Source: Hyaloraphidium curvatum SAG 235-1 (lineage: Eukaryota; Fungi; Monoblepharomycota). From it: a stretch of DNA of 64,000 nt. Positions 36,300 through 50,632 of the stretch are shown in pieces. Location of the stretch: positions 186,001 to 250,000 of the forward strand of contig JAIVFI010000013.1 of assembly GCA_025558095.1 (NCBI GenBank). Reading direction: 5' to 3'. Numbering within the stretch: the stretch's first letter is position 1; each line of letters begins with the position of its first letter. Made by a program: the position numbers and the translations under genes. The notes beneath the pieces are model-generated. The model ran no database searches. It saw nothing but the letters and a program-made list of their open reading frames with translations, and was not told where the DNA came from.

Positions 36300-37134
36300 G
36301 GTGCGAGCGTGCACGCGGCGGCCGACGGGGAGGAAGGGAGGGGAAGGGTGTGTCGGTGGTTCCGGACCACCCCGATGGGCGCGGCGTGAGGTCCGACAGA
36401 CGATGACCCTCCGCCGGCGCCGCGCCGCTTCAGGCGATTTGCGCTATGCACCGGAGCTCAGCGCAGCTTGTCCGGGCCCTCGAGGGCCAGAACGGGAGGT
36501 TGTGCTGATGACGGAGTGGCGGGAGACGCTCGGGGAGCGAATGGCCAAATCGAGGCGCAGATCCGGCCGAACAAACTCGCGCGCTGCCCTCGAGAGACGC
36601 GATGCTGCACCGATTGCTGTTGGCAGATGAGTAAGGAACCGTTGGAGGACCTCACGCCGCGTCCCTGACGCCCCCCCGCCCGAACGGAGGGAACTGGATG
36701 GATCGCGGGCCGGCTCCTAGCCGGACCGTTCCGGTCTGCTCCGAATGCGTTGCGCAAACTGCGCCCCCCTTCACTTTCCCACGCCAGATGGCCATGGTTT
36801 TAGCCCATCTCCAAAGCAGCAATTGCTTTCATCTGCCGAAGAGACCCGCACTTTGTTTTCGAAGCAGCTGGACGATCTGATCTCTCGCAGCCCTCCCCCT
36901 TGGATCGTCCGTCCGCAAAGCGTCCCGGAGCCATCAGTGGGGCGATCGAGGAGGTTGAGGCACTTAGAACCTAGAACATGCCTGGTTTTGGCCGTTTCCG
37001 CCACCGCAAGTGGAAAATCACGGAGCACTGGCGAGTGATCGGTGGCGGCGTCGGCAGCGCGTGGACCGCCTGGTTCCCACGCTCCTGCCTCCCTGTCACA
37101 AAAGCTCGCCTCCGAGCTTTTCCGTACCCTAGCG

Positions 37135-37839
37135 ATGGTGCAGGCGTGGTTCTTCGACCCGGCCGCACCCGGCGACCAGCGGGCCCCGCACCAGTACACA
37201 CCGAACCGGCCGGTCTCGCTCGAGCAGTTGGGCGAGCTGGGCGTACAGTACTTCACCATCGACGTGTCGGACCCGGACCACATGGCCAAGATCGACGCCT
37301 TTGCGGAGGAGCGGGGCTACAAGAACCGCGACGTCGTGAACATCGCCCCCGGGCACCTTCCCAACTACGAGGAGCGGCTCAAGGTCTTTTTCGAGGAGCA
37401 CATCCACGAGGACGAGGAGATTCGGTACATTCTGGAGGGTTCGGGCTACGTGGGTGCTTTTCGAGCCATCGCGCGTCGTCTGGTCTCATTCTCGGCGTAG
37501 TTCGACGTGCGCGACAAGGAGGACCGCTGGGTCCGGATCGCCGTCGTCCCCTCGGACCTCATTATTGTCCCCGCTGGCAGTGGGTCCGACCTCGCACACC
37601 ATTTGGCACCCTTCTCACTTTGCGTCGGTAGTCTACCACCGTTTCACGATGGACGAGAACAATAAAGCCAAGGCGATGCGGCTGTTTTCTCTCGAGCCCA
37701 AGTGGACCCCCATCAACAGGCCCATCGCGGACGACAATGCCATCAGGAAGGATTACCTCGTTGGTCCACGCTTCGTCGTCTTCGAAGAATGTCGCTCACG
37801 TGCGTTGTACAGGCCAAGTTCGTCGAGTCGTCTGCGTGA
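37135..37839 (+). CDS. ADI1: Acireductone dioxygenase (methionine salvage)
   Basis: [55 protein letters not shown]. Confidence 0.97.
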
Positions 37840-37955
37840 CCAGTGAGCCCACAGGAGGCAGCAAAAGAGTCGAAAGCCCCATACACATGGGCAGCGACCA
37901 ACTGTGTGATGATTTCGTTGTTTAATGGAAACGTTCGCTCCTATTCCGCGCTCCT

Positions 37956-40900
37956 TCACCGATACAGCGCCCCGTACTGCTGTTGCTGCGTCGGCGCCAT
38001 TCCCTGCTGCCCCATGCCTTGCTGCATCCCGTAGCCCGGCTGCATCATCGTGCCCTGCTGAGGCGCCATCATCCCAGGCACCATGTTTTGCTGTCCCATG
38101 ACGTTCTGCTGCAGGAACCCGCCCGACTGAGCAGAGAAGCCGCCCTGGGCAGACCCCATCGGCATTTGCCCGCCCGTTGCGTTCTGCGGGAACCCGCCCG
38201 ACTGAACAGAATATCCACCCTGAGCAGACCCCATTGGCATTTGCCCGCCCATCGCGTTCTGCTGCTGAAATCCGCCCGACTGACCAGAAACGCCGCCCTG
38301 GCCGGAGCCCATTGGCATTTGCCCGCCCATCGCGTTCTGTTGCTGGAATCCGCCCTGGGAGGAAAAGCCGCCCTGTCCAGAGCCCATGGGCATTTGCCCA
38401 CCCATAGCGTTCTGCTGCTGGAATCCGCCCGACTGGGCAGAGACGCCGCCCTGGCCAGATCCCATCGGCGGTGGCCCACCCATCGCGTTCTGCTGCGGGA
38501 ACCCGCCCTGAGTAGAAAAGCCGGCCTGTCCAGAGCCCATGGGCATTTGGCCGCCCATCGCATTCTGCTGCTGGAATCCGCCCTGACCAGAAAAGCCGCC
38601 CTGAGCAGACCCTATTGGCATTTGCCCACTCATCATGGCCGATCCGCTTTGCATGCCACCGCCTTGCATGCCACCGCCTGGTATGCCACCGCTTGGCATG
38701 CCACCACCTTGCATGTTAGTGCCCTGCATGCCGGCGCTTTGCATGCCACCGCCCGACATACCGCCGGACTGCATGACGCCGCCTGACGAATTCGGCATGC
38801 CGCCACCGGAAAACCCGCGCGAGTGTCCCATAGAGTTCTGTCCTTGCATGCTTCCCTGCTGCATGCCCCCGGACATGGGAGCAGGGCCGCCCGTTCCCGA
38901 CATGCCCCCGAGAGCGCCTTGTCCACCCATCCCAGGCCCCATCTGGACCCCGTTCGGCATCATCGGTGCCTGGTTCAGTCCTTGCTGCCCACCCATGCCC
39001 ATGTTTGGTTGCATCATTCCCGACGGCTGCTGGAATCCGGCGGACTGTCCCATCATCGCGTTGTTCGGCATCCCTGCCATCTGTCCGTAGCCCACGCCCT
39101 GCATTCCCATCGTGCCCGGGTTCGGATGCATGCCCTGGACGCCCATTGGCGGGGGCTGTTGCATTCCAGGCGGGGTCCCCATCTTCTGCGGCTGCATCGG
39201 CCCGGGTCCCGACATGCCGACACCCGAGGCCTGCATCGGCGGGGTTCCCGCCATGTTCCCGCCCATTTGCATCGGCTGCATCATGTTCGGCGACGGCCCC
39301 GTGGCCATGCCGGTGGCATTCATGTTCTGTGGGCCCATGCCCGAGGTAGGCCTCATGACGCCGCCGCTGGCAGGTCCAACGGAACTCTGCTGGAAGCTCC
39401 CCGTCGGACCCGAGGAGCCCATGCCCATAGAGCTGGCGCCAGATGGTCCCATTCCACCAGGATTAGGCCCGAACGATCCCATGGGAGCCGTCGGCATGTT
39501 CGTCCCAAAGCCTGTCGGCTTCATGGGCGGTGCCATCGTCGCCGGGCCCGGCTGCGCCATGGTGGAGCCGGTCCCGAACCCGCCCATCGCGCCGGGGCCC
39601 ATCGCGGCGTTGAGCGCCCCGCCTGACGGCGCCGCGGTCCCCTGAATCCCCAGCCCCGTCCCAGTTCCAGTAGAAGATCGGGTGGGAGCCATCGTTCCCG
39701 AGAACGGCTGGCCCTGCATCCCCTCGTTGAGCCCTCCCACGGATCCCATCGACGGGTTCGTCGACATGCCCGGGCGCTGGAACCCGGGCGTCAGCGTGTT
39801 GTAGTTGCTCCCCGGCGCGCTCGCGAGCGCGCCTCCCGAGATCTGCGCCGAGCCCATGGGAGGGCTGAACGCCGGCGTCGTCGTGAACCCGGTCGAAGCC
39901 ATCGACGCCGTGGAGGGGCGTGCGCTCGCCGCGAGCGAAGCGGGTTGGAACTGCGAAGAGGGCGGCGCGGTGCTCGGCATGGGAAGGAACGGGGTGTTGA
40001 TCGGAGGCGCCGTAGATGACCTCGACACCGGCGGGGGCCGCGGTCCCGAACCCAATGCGCCGCCCATTCCGCTTCCGACTTGCGGCATCGCGTTGCCTCC
40101 GAGTGCAGAGTACTGCGGCGGCGGCTTCGCGAAGGGGTCAAAGTCTATGGCGCCGGGCGCCGCGGGTCCGTTGGAAGCGAGCGAACCCATCGATCCCAGC
40201 CCCGAGCCGACGGATAGACTGCTTCCGGCGCCGCCGAACGAAACTGGTGGCGGGCCCGTCGGCTTGGTCGAAAGCGGCGGCATCGGCGGCGGTCCCTGCG
40301 AAGGAGGCGCGAAGGCCGGCTGCGAGGGGGGCGCGAACACCGGTTGCGGGGGCGGTGCGTACGGCGGCTGCGCGGGAGGCCCCGACGGCCCGAGCGCACC
40401 GCCCATCGGGGGTGTTGGCCGCGCGGGGCCCGACCCGGTGGGAACGTAGGTGTTGGAAGGCGCCAGCGGGGTAGGAATCAGCGGCGGAGGCAGGGCGCCG
40501 CCCACTGGTTTGGTCGCAGCAGGCGGGATCGGCGGCGGCGCGACCGGGATCGGCGGGGGCGCAACCTGAATGGGAGGGGCCCCAGGCATCGGCGGCGGCG
40601 CCACAGGTTGCGGAAGAGGTGCAGGTTGGGGTTGCGGCTGCGCCGGCCTGGGCGAAGCCGCAGGGGTCTGCGCCTTGGGGGGCTGCTTGGCCGACGTCGT
40701 GATAGGCGGTGCCTTGTGTACCGGAGGCGCCGGCTCCGTCTGCGATCCCGGGACGGCCCAGGGATCGTTCGACGGCAGCGCGCTCGGCACCAGCGCAGGA
40801 GCCGTGGCCGCAGATGACCAGCTCTCGTCCACCGCGAGCGCCGCGGCGGGGATCGCCTTCGATGCCGGGATGGCCTGCACCACGGGCCCTGTGTCGGCAC

Positions 40901-43282
40901 GGGCCAGCGCGTTGGAGGATCCGGAGCGAGATAGCGAAGGCGTGGGGCCGGGGGAGCCGGTGGGCGACGGCGGGCCCTGCGACGACGATGCAACGCGCTG
41001 GGCCACGTCGCGGAACGCGTCCGCGCTGATCGCCGGCGCCTTGTGGGCCGATGTGGCTGGGAACAAAAGCTGTCAGGCGATGCCAATGAACGATGACACG
41101 GGGATGCTCACTCCGCCGGCTGACGGTATTGCTCCGGCTGTCCGGGGTCTTCTTCTGGCCGAAGACCAGCGGCGGCGGCGGAGACGTTGCTGCGGGGGCG
41201 GCGGGCTTCGTGCCGAACGCCGCCGACAGGTCCGCGGCGGAAATGCCGGCTGGCACGGCCGACGACGAAGGCAGGCCCGCGCGCCTGTTTTCCTCCTCCT
41301 GCAGCGCTCGGGCCAGCGCTTCGTCGGACTTTGCGATCTCAGCGGCCGCGCGCGCGGCCGCGAGGGCCTGCACTTCCTCGCGCTGCGAATGCAATACCTG
41401 ATGTCAAGCAAAGCCAGCGCTTGCGGCAAAGAAATCACGCACCTGTAGATCCTGCGCCAGCCTGTCGTCCATCGCTTCGATCTCGTGTGGCGACAACTTC
41501 TGCCCTCCGGCCGAGCTGCCCCGATCCGGCAGGATTGGAGGCGGAGCAACAATGGGAGGCGCGGCAACGGCAACCGGAGCTTTGCCCCTGTCCGGGAGGA
41601 CCGGCGGGGGCGGCGGCGGCGGCGGCGGAGCGCCTTCGGATCCCCCACCGACGAGGCTCTCGGCCAGCTCCGCGTCCTCCGGGCTCAGCTTGTCCAACGG
41701 CACGAATATCTTGACCCCGTTGACCTTGTGCAGCTGGGCCTTGCCGTCGATGATGGCCAGCAGCTCGGCTTCCACCTTGAAGGTCCCGGTGCGGTCGGTC
41801 CACTGCCGCACCTTTTCCGGGTCGGGTTCTGCAGACGGCGTCAGCCTCCTCGAACTGCTATGAAACCGATCGAGAACGTACTCGTCGGGTCGCGGGCAGC
41901 GGTCGCGGGGGCGGGGACGGGGGCCGGTTCCGCGGGCCTGCCTGGCAGCGCCGGCGCCTTCGGGGCGACCGGCACTCGCGACGGCAGCGGCGGACCGGCG
42001 GGCGAGCCCCCGGACCTGACCTCCACGTAGGTCCGCGGCACGATTCCCTCGCCGCCGCCGGGTTTCTCCACCCGCACGGTCCACCAGTCCGGGTCCGTAT
42101 CGTCCAGGATCGTCAGGGGGTCGCCCTCGCTCATGGCCACCTCCTCGGCCGTCTGGGGGGCGTAGTCGTAGAGCGCTTCGCCGGGTTTGGGGTCCACCTT
42201 GGGCGGGGGGGCGTAGGTGACGGGGCTAGGAGGCGCGCGGACCGGGGAGGCAGGCGCCGGGGAGGCAGGCGCCGGGGAAGGCGGCGACACGGCCTGGGAT
42301 GCGACGGTGGAGATGGGGCCGACGGAACGGATGGCCGTGGTCGTCGCGACACCCTTGGATTGCTGGAGGCACGGCAGGACAATGAGACGATGGTGCTGAG
42401 GAAACGGAAGGACGGCGTACCCGAACAGCCAGCAGCTTGCTCTGGAGCGTCTTGAGGATCTGGTCGAGCTCCTTCTTGTCCACCTGCCAGTCGCGCTCCT
42501 CGCCGCCGGTAAAGTCGAGCTTGACCTTTTTCGTCTTTTGGTTGTCGCGGAGCGTGGTGACGTCCGACAGCGGCCACTTGTTGTAGAGGGTCTGGAGAGG
42601 GCGTCAGAGATGTGCGTCGGCGGGACCGCCCGGACAGCAACGCACGTCCGGATCCTTGACAAAGTAGATGTGGGTATCGGTGATGCCGAGGAACCCTTTC
42701 CGGATGGTCTTCTTCTTCTTCCGGTCCATTTCCTGCGGGGACCGGGGGTCACCAGCGGCGGAGGGGACGCAGAGGACGCCGACCCACGGTTGCGGCGTAC
42801 AGCTTCAGCGTCCGGAAGTCCTGCGGCTGGCTTGCCGGGGCAGCGGCGGCGGGCAGCGGCGTGGCGGGCGGCGGAGCGGTGGGAGACTTGCTTGGCGGCG
42901 GCGGCGCCTCGGGCTCGGGCTCCTCGGCGGCCTCGTCGACCAGGTAGCTTGCCGGCACCACGCCGAACTGGCCGCCGGAGCCGACGACCCACCAGTCGGG
43001 GTCCGAGCGGTCGAACACGGCGACGCGCGCGCCCTCGGCGACCGACAGCTCCTCGGGGCCGGCGGCGTCGTACGCGTACGCGGCCTTCGCGAAGCCGTCC
43101 TCGCTTAAATCCTCGAGGTACGCCGACGGCACGAGCCCCGGGTCGCCGTCGCGCCGCCGCGCCGTCGTCCAGTCGGCGTCGCGCTCGAGCACGTAGAGCA
43201 CCTCCTCCTCCGCCACCGCCAGCTCGCCGTCCGCCTGCGGCGCGTAGTCGTACAGCGCGCGCGCGATCCCCGCGTACCCCAT
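37956..43282 (-). CDS. SLA1: Sla1-like endocytic adaptor: three SH3, PH-like region, SHD1, ubiquitin-binding-like helices and a long P/G/M/Q-rich repeat tail
   Basis: ALYDYAPQADGELA..GLVPSAYL; AYAYDAAGPEELS..GVVPASYL; ALYDYAPQTAEE..GIVPRTYV; SHD1 VRQWTDRTGTFKVEAE..LHKVNGVKIFVPLDKLSPED. Confidence 0.93.
38095..38632 (-). repeat. Coding tandem repeat in Sla1: about 7 units of 75-78 nt (GGFQQQNAMGGQMPMGSGQGGFSxQ)
   Basis: Recurring ccc(a)t.ggcatttgcccgcccatcgcgttctg.tgct(g)gaa.ccgccc at about 75-78 nt spacing. Confidence 0.9.
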
Positions 43283-43871
43283 CGCGGCGGCGGCACGGGC
43301 CGGGGCGGGAGGCGGTGTTTGGATGCCCTGGCGTCCGGTTGGCGGACTACCGACAGCTGGCGCTTGACCCCGCCCGGGCCCCCGAGGCTGCAGAAAGCCA
43401 AGTCACTTGATCCGCAGAATGGATGCAATGCTGATGGGACGATTCCTGTTGAATGAGGGGCTCGGAGCAGTTGCCAGCTTGCCACCCTTCTCCCCTGCGG
43501 TCCCCCGTCCGTTGGCTTGATATGCGCCACGATCGGACGAAGGAATCAAGCAGCAATCGTATGCTCAGCCTGTACGTCGGCCTCCTGGGTCAATTGCTTG
43601 AATGATGCGAGTTGTCTCGAGAGAGTGGACATTCCCAGCGAGGACGATGACTCCGGGAGTCCACCAGGCCGGATCGGCACGAAAGATGAAAGGATACAAT
43701 TGCATTGCACGCTCCCGATGTATAGTTCCGCATAGTTTGTTGGGCGTCCAGGGGATGGCGGTTGGTCGGAGCACTGCAGCACACGACCGTCGACTCTGTT
43801 TGCGAACTCCAAAGCCTCCACGCAAAACACGGCGTCCCGGCCCAGGACCGCCTTCAGCGACCCGCGGCACG

Positions 43872-45395
43872 ATGGCATTTGCCGCGTACGAATTCGGCAC
43901 CGCCGGGCAGCCGCGGCCGTTCGACTTCCAGCCGCCCACGGGCGCGCCGGCGCTGTCGCACGTCCCCTCGCCGACCAAGCGCCGGCCGGGCGCCGAGCTG
44001 CTCCCGCCGGTGCGCTCGTCGTCGCTGCCGTTCCACCGCGACGCCACGCTGTGCGACCTGCCGCCGCTGCACGGCCGGCTGTACCCGGGCTGCGATGACG
44101 CGGAGGCGCACGCCGTCGCCCCCGGCAAGCGCGCGAGGCCGGACTCGCTGCTGGAAATCCGCATACCGGCGCAGCAGCGGCCGCCGGCACCCTCGGCAAC
44201 GGACTCGATGATGACCTGCGCGGCGTCGTGGACGGATTTGCAGGAGCCGGAAACGCCGTCCACAGCCGCGACCTTCTCCTCGCCCGTCGACGAGCTCGTG
44301 TGCACGGAGCAGACCTACTTCTCGGACCTCGAAAGGCTGTCTGCCGAGCTGGACAAGCTCGCGGCGCGGTGGGAAGGGCTGCAGGGCGAGGCTGGGCCCG
44401 GGTCCTGCCTGGCGCAAATCCTCTCGCTCCACCACGCCTTGGCCGTCGATCTGAGGCTGAATTCGAACGATTACGGACGCATCGCACACGCATTTTCCAG
44501 CAGGGTGGGTGGAGTAACACTCTTGGCAGTTAACCGTTGACTGTTGACACATGTCGCGCAGGCGCCCCAGTTCGAGCTGTACAACGAGTACATCCTCAAC
44601 ATCCCTCGCCTGCAGCAGCAGGTCCTTGCGGCTGCAGCTGCTGGCTACGTCGATTCGGCGTTTGCCGGCCTCGACCCGACGCAGAAGCTGCCCCTCTCCG
44701 AGTGGCTCGTCAAGCCCTTCCAAAGGCTCACGAAATACCCCCTGATGCTCCAGGTTGGTCAAGCTGCCACGAATTTACTGTTTGGCACAAGCTGAATGCC
44801 CCTGTTCATTTTGTCTTGCAGCGAATCATCGACACCCTGCCGCCCTCGCACTTTGCCCTCCCCCACCTCGACGCCATCTGCAGGCAGTTCGTCGCGCAGC
44901 TGCAACTCGTCAACTCGCGCATGGAACCCGAGGACCGCGGTCTCGGCCGGCTGTTCAAGCTCCCCCGCGTGCGCAAGACGCCCGGGGGGCCGATGAGCCC
45001 GGGGCCGGCGACGCCCAAAAAGAAGATGCAGATTCTGCAGATTTTCAGCCCGTCGGGGGTGGGTTCCCGCCGCACGCGCATCTCGTTCGATCGCTGACGC
45101 TGGGTTCGTTTGTAGGGCACGAAGCGCAAGGCCCAGGAGGCCGATCTCCGCATGTCGCGCGACGTGGACGACATGCTCAACCAGGAATCCGTGGGTATGG
45201 AGGTGGATTCGGTACGCTCGCCGGGCTGGGCATCGCAGGGCTGGGCATCGGAGCCGCAGACGCCGGTGGACGATGTGAGTGGCGCCGGCTCCGTTGGAGG
45301 GATCGGTTGCGGATGCTTACCCCTTGCAGTCCCAGCGCCCGCCGCACAAAAAGCAGAGGAGATTCATGGGAGGACTCTTTTCCAGGGCCATGTGA
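43872..45395 (+). CDS. Dbl-homology (RhoGEF) domain protein
   Basis: VDELVCTEQTYFSDL, FELYNEYILN, LSEWLVKPFQRLTKYPLMLQ/RII; ends MGGLFSRAM*. Confidence 0.85.
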
Positions 45396-45732
45396 TGCAT
45401 GTACTACCAGCGGGTGTAGCACAAGGCGGGAGAGGTTTCTATGTACGGCACAACGGCTTGCTCACGGGCTGACTCTAGTATCTTGGCTTTATCAATGTAT
45501 CAAGAATACACGATACCCTACTTCAGTAATACTCTCCCGGACTGTTGACTTTTGTGCTGTACGATGGGGCTGGGAAGGCAAATGAATCCATTACCCGCCA
45601 CGGGTATCTCATTGCTTTCCTTCCGTGACCCGAATGTACAGTGCGAAAGGTATAGTCCCCCGTTTCCGTGCTTCCCAAAAGCCCGTCGAACGTCGCGGCC
45701 GGCTCCAACCTTCCCCGACGTCGGCCATGCAC

Positions 45733-46758
<1,026 letters not shown>

Positions 46759-47175
46759 AATTGCCGGTTCGCCGCGGGTTCACGGGGAGAGGACTGCGGG
46801 GGCACGGTCAGCGCGGTTCGCCCGAGCATCGCCCGCCCGGGACCGCAAAAACGCGTCCACCCGCGGCCGTGTCGATTTCGCACGCTGCACTGGCTGCTGC
46901 GGCGCGCAACGGGGCGGATCTGCCGCGGCGGGGCGCGAGATGGGGGCGCTACCGCCGTCCCACCGACCGGTGCGGGGTCCGCGGGGCGGGCCGCGGGGCG
47001 CGTCCAGGCGGCCGAGCGCAATCTCCGGCACTGCAGGATGCTCACCGAAGAGCGTCGAGGCCTCGAGAAAGGGGGGAGAGGGCGAACCGCGAATTTCGTG
47101 ATGGACGAACGGCTCGACAGACAGATACCCGACATCCTTACAAGGTCCAACTACGATTTTCTGCGCCAACCAACA

Positions 47176-47909
47176 ATGGCGGCATCGCGGGGTTCCTGCG
47201 GCTTCCTAGGTACCGATGGCAGGCGCAGTGCGTTGCAGTTTCTGTTTTCTTACCTTGACGTGCGCTGGACCTGCCAGCGCTGGGGAGATTGGGCGTCACG
47301 GACGCGTCCTGTCGCGCCGCCGCATCGCGGCTTCCGCAGCCAGCGGCACCTTTCCTGGCCGCCTGTGGAGCCCGCGGACTTTCTCGGCGACCGTGGAACG
47401 GCAGGCCGAAGGCGGGCGGCCCGGTGCCCGAGTTCACCACGCAGGAGGAGGAGCTGCAAAAGTCCAAGCTGGCGTACCACCAGCGGCTGACGCCCCAGGC
47501 GGCAGCGACGCTGCAGCCGGACTATGTGGCTTCGGACAAAACGGCCGAATCACTCGCATTGCTGCGGCAGTCTTCGACGCCGCTGTACGCGATCGTGGAG
47601 ATGAAGGGGCGGCCGTACTTTGTCACGGCCGGGGACATCATGGTCAGCGAGCATATGAAGGAGGTGCAGCTGGGGGACGTGCTGCGGTTCGACCGCATCC
47701 GCGAGGTCGGCAACAAGGACTATGCCGTGCGCGGGGCGCCGCTGGTGAGCCCGCGGTTCTGCAACATCCGCGCGGTCTGCATCGAGCACACGTGGTCGAG
47801 CCCGACGGTCATCCAGAAGCGGCGGCGCAAGGGCATGCGGCCGGTGGTCGTGCACCGCGACCGCGTGACGATGCTGCGGGTGGCGGAGCTGAGCATTAGC
47901 GACGTGTAG
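47176..47909 (+). CDS. Mitochondrial ribosomal protein bL21m
   Basis: LYAIVEMKGRPYFVTAGD..LGDVLRFDRIREVGNKDY..GAPLV..KRRRKG..VTMLRVAEL; N-terminal presequence-like exon. Confidence 0.88.
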
Positions 47910-48208
47910 ACGGAGGCGTTCGTGCGCCGTGCTCGATTCCGACCCCTCCCTCACGGAGATTGAACTTTGGCTCCTCCTCTATTGAAGGCATCCATTGATT
48001 TGTCCTCAAGACTGCCCTGAAGCCCTTCGGAACGCTCGACGGAAGAAGTCGCGGTGGTTAACGGTTTTGCTAGGATCGTTTGGTTTTCGCTTGGACGCCA
48101 CGCCCAGTGCCCGCGTTTCACCTCCTCCGGTTCGTCCCCGCACCGTGCGCCGCATTCCTGTGCTCATCCGCCGCCGCCCGCGGTGTTTGCAGAGCCTCTG
48201 CCGCCAGC

Positions 48209-50451
48209 ATGATGAGGACATCGCGCCTTCTGGCGCCGCTGCGCGCGGCGCCGCTGTCGTCGGTGGGTGTCTTTTGCTTCGCGCGCGCCGCGCCGCGCAC
48301 GCCGGATGGACTGCCGCGGCGCGGGGCGCCCGCCGATGGATGCCGGGCGGGCACGGCCGCCGCACCCGCGCCCGGATGGGCGGCCCCGGCGCACACGGCG
48401 CCACGCCCCCCCGCCCCGCCCGCACACCCCGCTGACGAACGCCTCCGCACAGGCCTCGGCGCCGCGGCTGCTGTCGTCGTCGGCCGCGCCCCGCGCCGCC
48501 GCAAAGACCAGTGGGTCGCCCGGATGCCGCCCCAAAACCCCCCTAACCGCCCACTCCGCGTGGCGCGCAGGCACCTCCGAGATCTCGTCCATCCTCGAGG
48601 AGCGCATCCTGGGCTCGGCCGCGGAGGTCGACCTGCAGAAGACCGGCCGCGTGCTGTCCATCGGTGACGGTATCGCGCGTGTGTACGGCCTGAAGAACTG
48701 CCAGGCCGAGGAGATGGTGGAGTTCTCGTCCGGCCTCAAGGTGCGCATCCGCCGCCCAACCCGGCCGCCGGAGCACTGGGGCCAATGCATGCATCCGCAC
48801 CGCAGGGAATGGCCCTCAACCTCGAGCCCGACAACGTCGGTATCGTCGTGTTCGGCAACGACCGTCTCATCAAGGAGGGCGACACCGTCAAGCGCACGGG
48901 CAACATCGTCGACGTCCCGATCGGCGAGGGCCTGCTCGGCCGTGTCGTGGACGCCCTGGGCAACCCCATCGACGGCAAGGTGGGCCGGCTCGCCTCCTTT
49001 GGCCCCCCGCGTTTTCCAATGCAACCTCCCCGCAGGGCCCCCTCACCAACACTTCGGGCCGCGCCCGTGTGCAGACCAAGGCGCCCGGCATTATCCCGCG
49101 GAAGTCCGTGAACGAGCCCATGCAGACCGGCATCAAGTGCATCGACTCCATGGTGCCCATCGGCCGTGGCCAGCGTGAGCTCATCATCGGCGACCGTCAG
49201 ACCGGCAAGACCGCCGTCGCCCTCGACACCATCATCAACCAGAAGAAGTGGAACTCGGGCACCGACGAGAGTGCGTTGCTTGCGGTGGCGCGCCGGCGAC
49301 ACCCCCTGACTCCCTCGCCTGCGGCGCCCCAGAGAAGAAGCTTTACTGCATCTACGTCGCCGTCGGCCAGAAGCGCTCGACCGTCGCCCAGTTCGTGCAG
49401 ACCCTCGAGGAGAACGACTCGCTGAAGTACTCGGTCGTCGTCGCCGCCACCGCCTCGGAGGCCGCGCCCCTGCAGTTCCTGGCCCCCTACTCGGGCGCCA
49501 CCTTCGGGGAGTACTTCCGCGACAACGGCAAGCACGCCGTCATCATCTACGACGATCTGTCGAAGCAGGCCGTGGCCTACCGCCAGATGTCGCTGCTGCT
49601 GCGTCGTCCCCCGGGTCGTGAGGCCTACCCGTGAGTCTTCCGCCACACTCTCCCCTTCCCATGCGCAGCCCGCTGAACCGCAGTGCTTAACAGCGGTGAC
49701 GTGTTCTACCTCCACTCGCGTCTGCTCGAGCGCGCCGCCAAGATGAACGACAAGTTCGGCGCCGGCTCGCTGACCGCGCTGCCCGTCATCGAGACCCAGG
49801 GTGGCGATGTGTCCGCCTACATTCCCACGAACGTGATTTCCATCACGGACGGCCAGATTTTCCTGGAAGCCGAGCTGTTCTTCAAGGGTGAGGATTTTCG
49901 GTGCGCGTCCCTGGCGAGCTTTGTTGAGACCGCCCCACCGCCAGGTGTCCGCCCCGCCATCAACGTCGGTCTCTCCGTGTCCCGCGTCGGCTCCGCCGCG
50001 CAGGTCAAGGCCATGAAGCAGGTCGCCGGCTCGCTCAAGCTCTTCCTGGCCCAGTACCGCGAGGTCGCCGCGTTCGCCCAGTTCGGCTCGGACCTGGACG
50101 CCTCGACCCAGTTCCTGCTCAACCGCGGCGCCCGCCTGACGGAGCTGCTCAAGCAGCCCCAGTACCAGCCCATGTCGGTGGAGCACCAGGTCATCGTCAT
50201 CTACTCGGGCGTCAACGGGTTCCTCGACAAAGTCGACGTCAAGCGCGTCATCGAGTTCGAGAAGGCCCTCATCCCGTATGTCCAGGCCAACCACCCCGAC
50301 ATCCTCGAGGAGATCAGGACGAAGCTTGCCATCTCGCCCGAGCTCGACGCCAAGATCAAGAAGGTGGGCCGGACCGTCGTGCGCTGCCCGCGCATCGGAT
50401 CGCTGACTTTTCGCGTTTCAGGTCCTCGGCGACTTTGCCAAGAGCTTCTGA
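48209..50451 (+). CDS. ATP1: Mitochondrial F1 ATP synthase subunit alpha
   Basis: [80 protein letters not shown]. Confidence 0.99.
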
Positions 50452-50632
50452 GCTTGATGACGGACTTGGAGCAGCGGCCGCCCGGCCCGGCGGATAGATC
50501 TGGGGGAGGGGGTGCGGTAGATGTGCCTCCGAATCTGGCGCGAAAAACTTTCAATAAAGAAAGTTAATGCACTACATTCGCCTTCTGCAGTTCGCATTCC
50601 GTTTCTCCATGCTGTGCAATAGCCCTCGTAAT

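Noticed and set aside
38095-38632. CRISPR-like or satellite array
   Set aside because: Units are in-frame coding repeats of Sla1 without unique spacers, in a eukaryotic context
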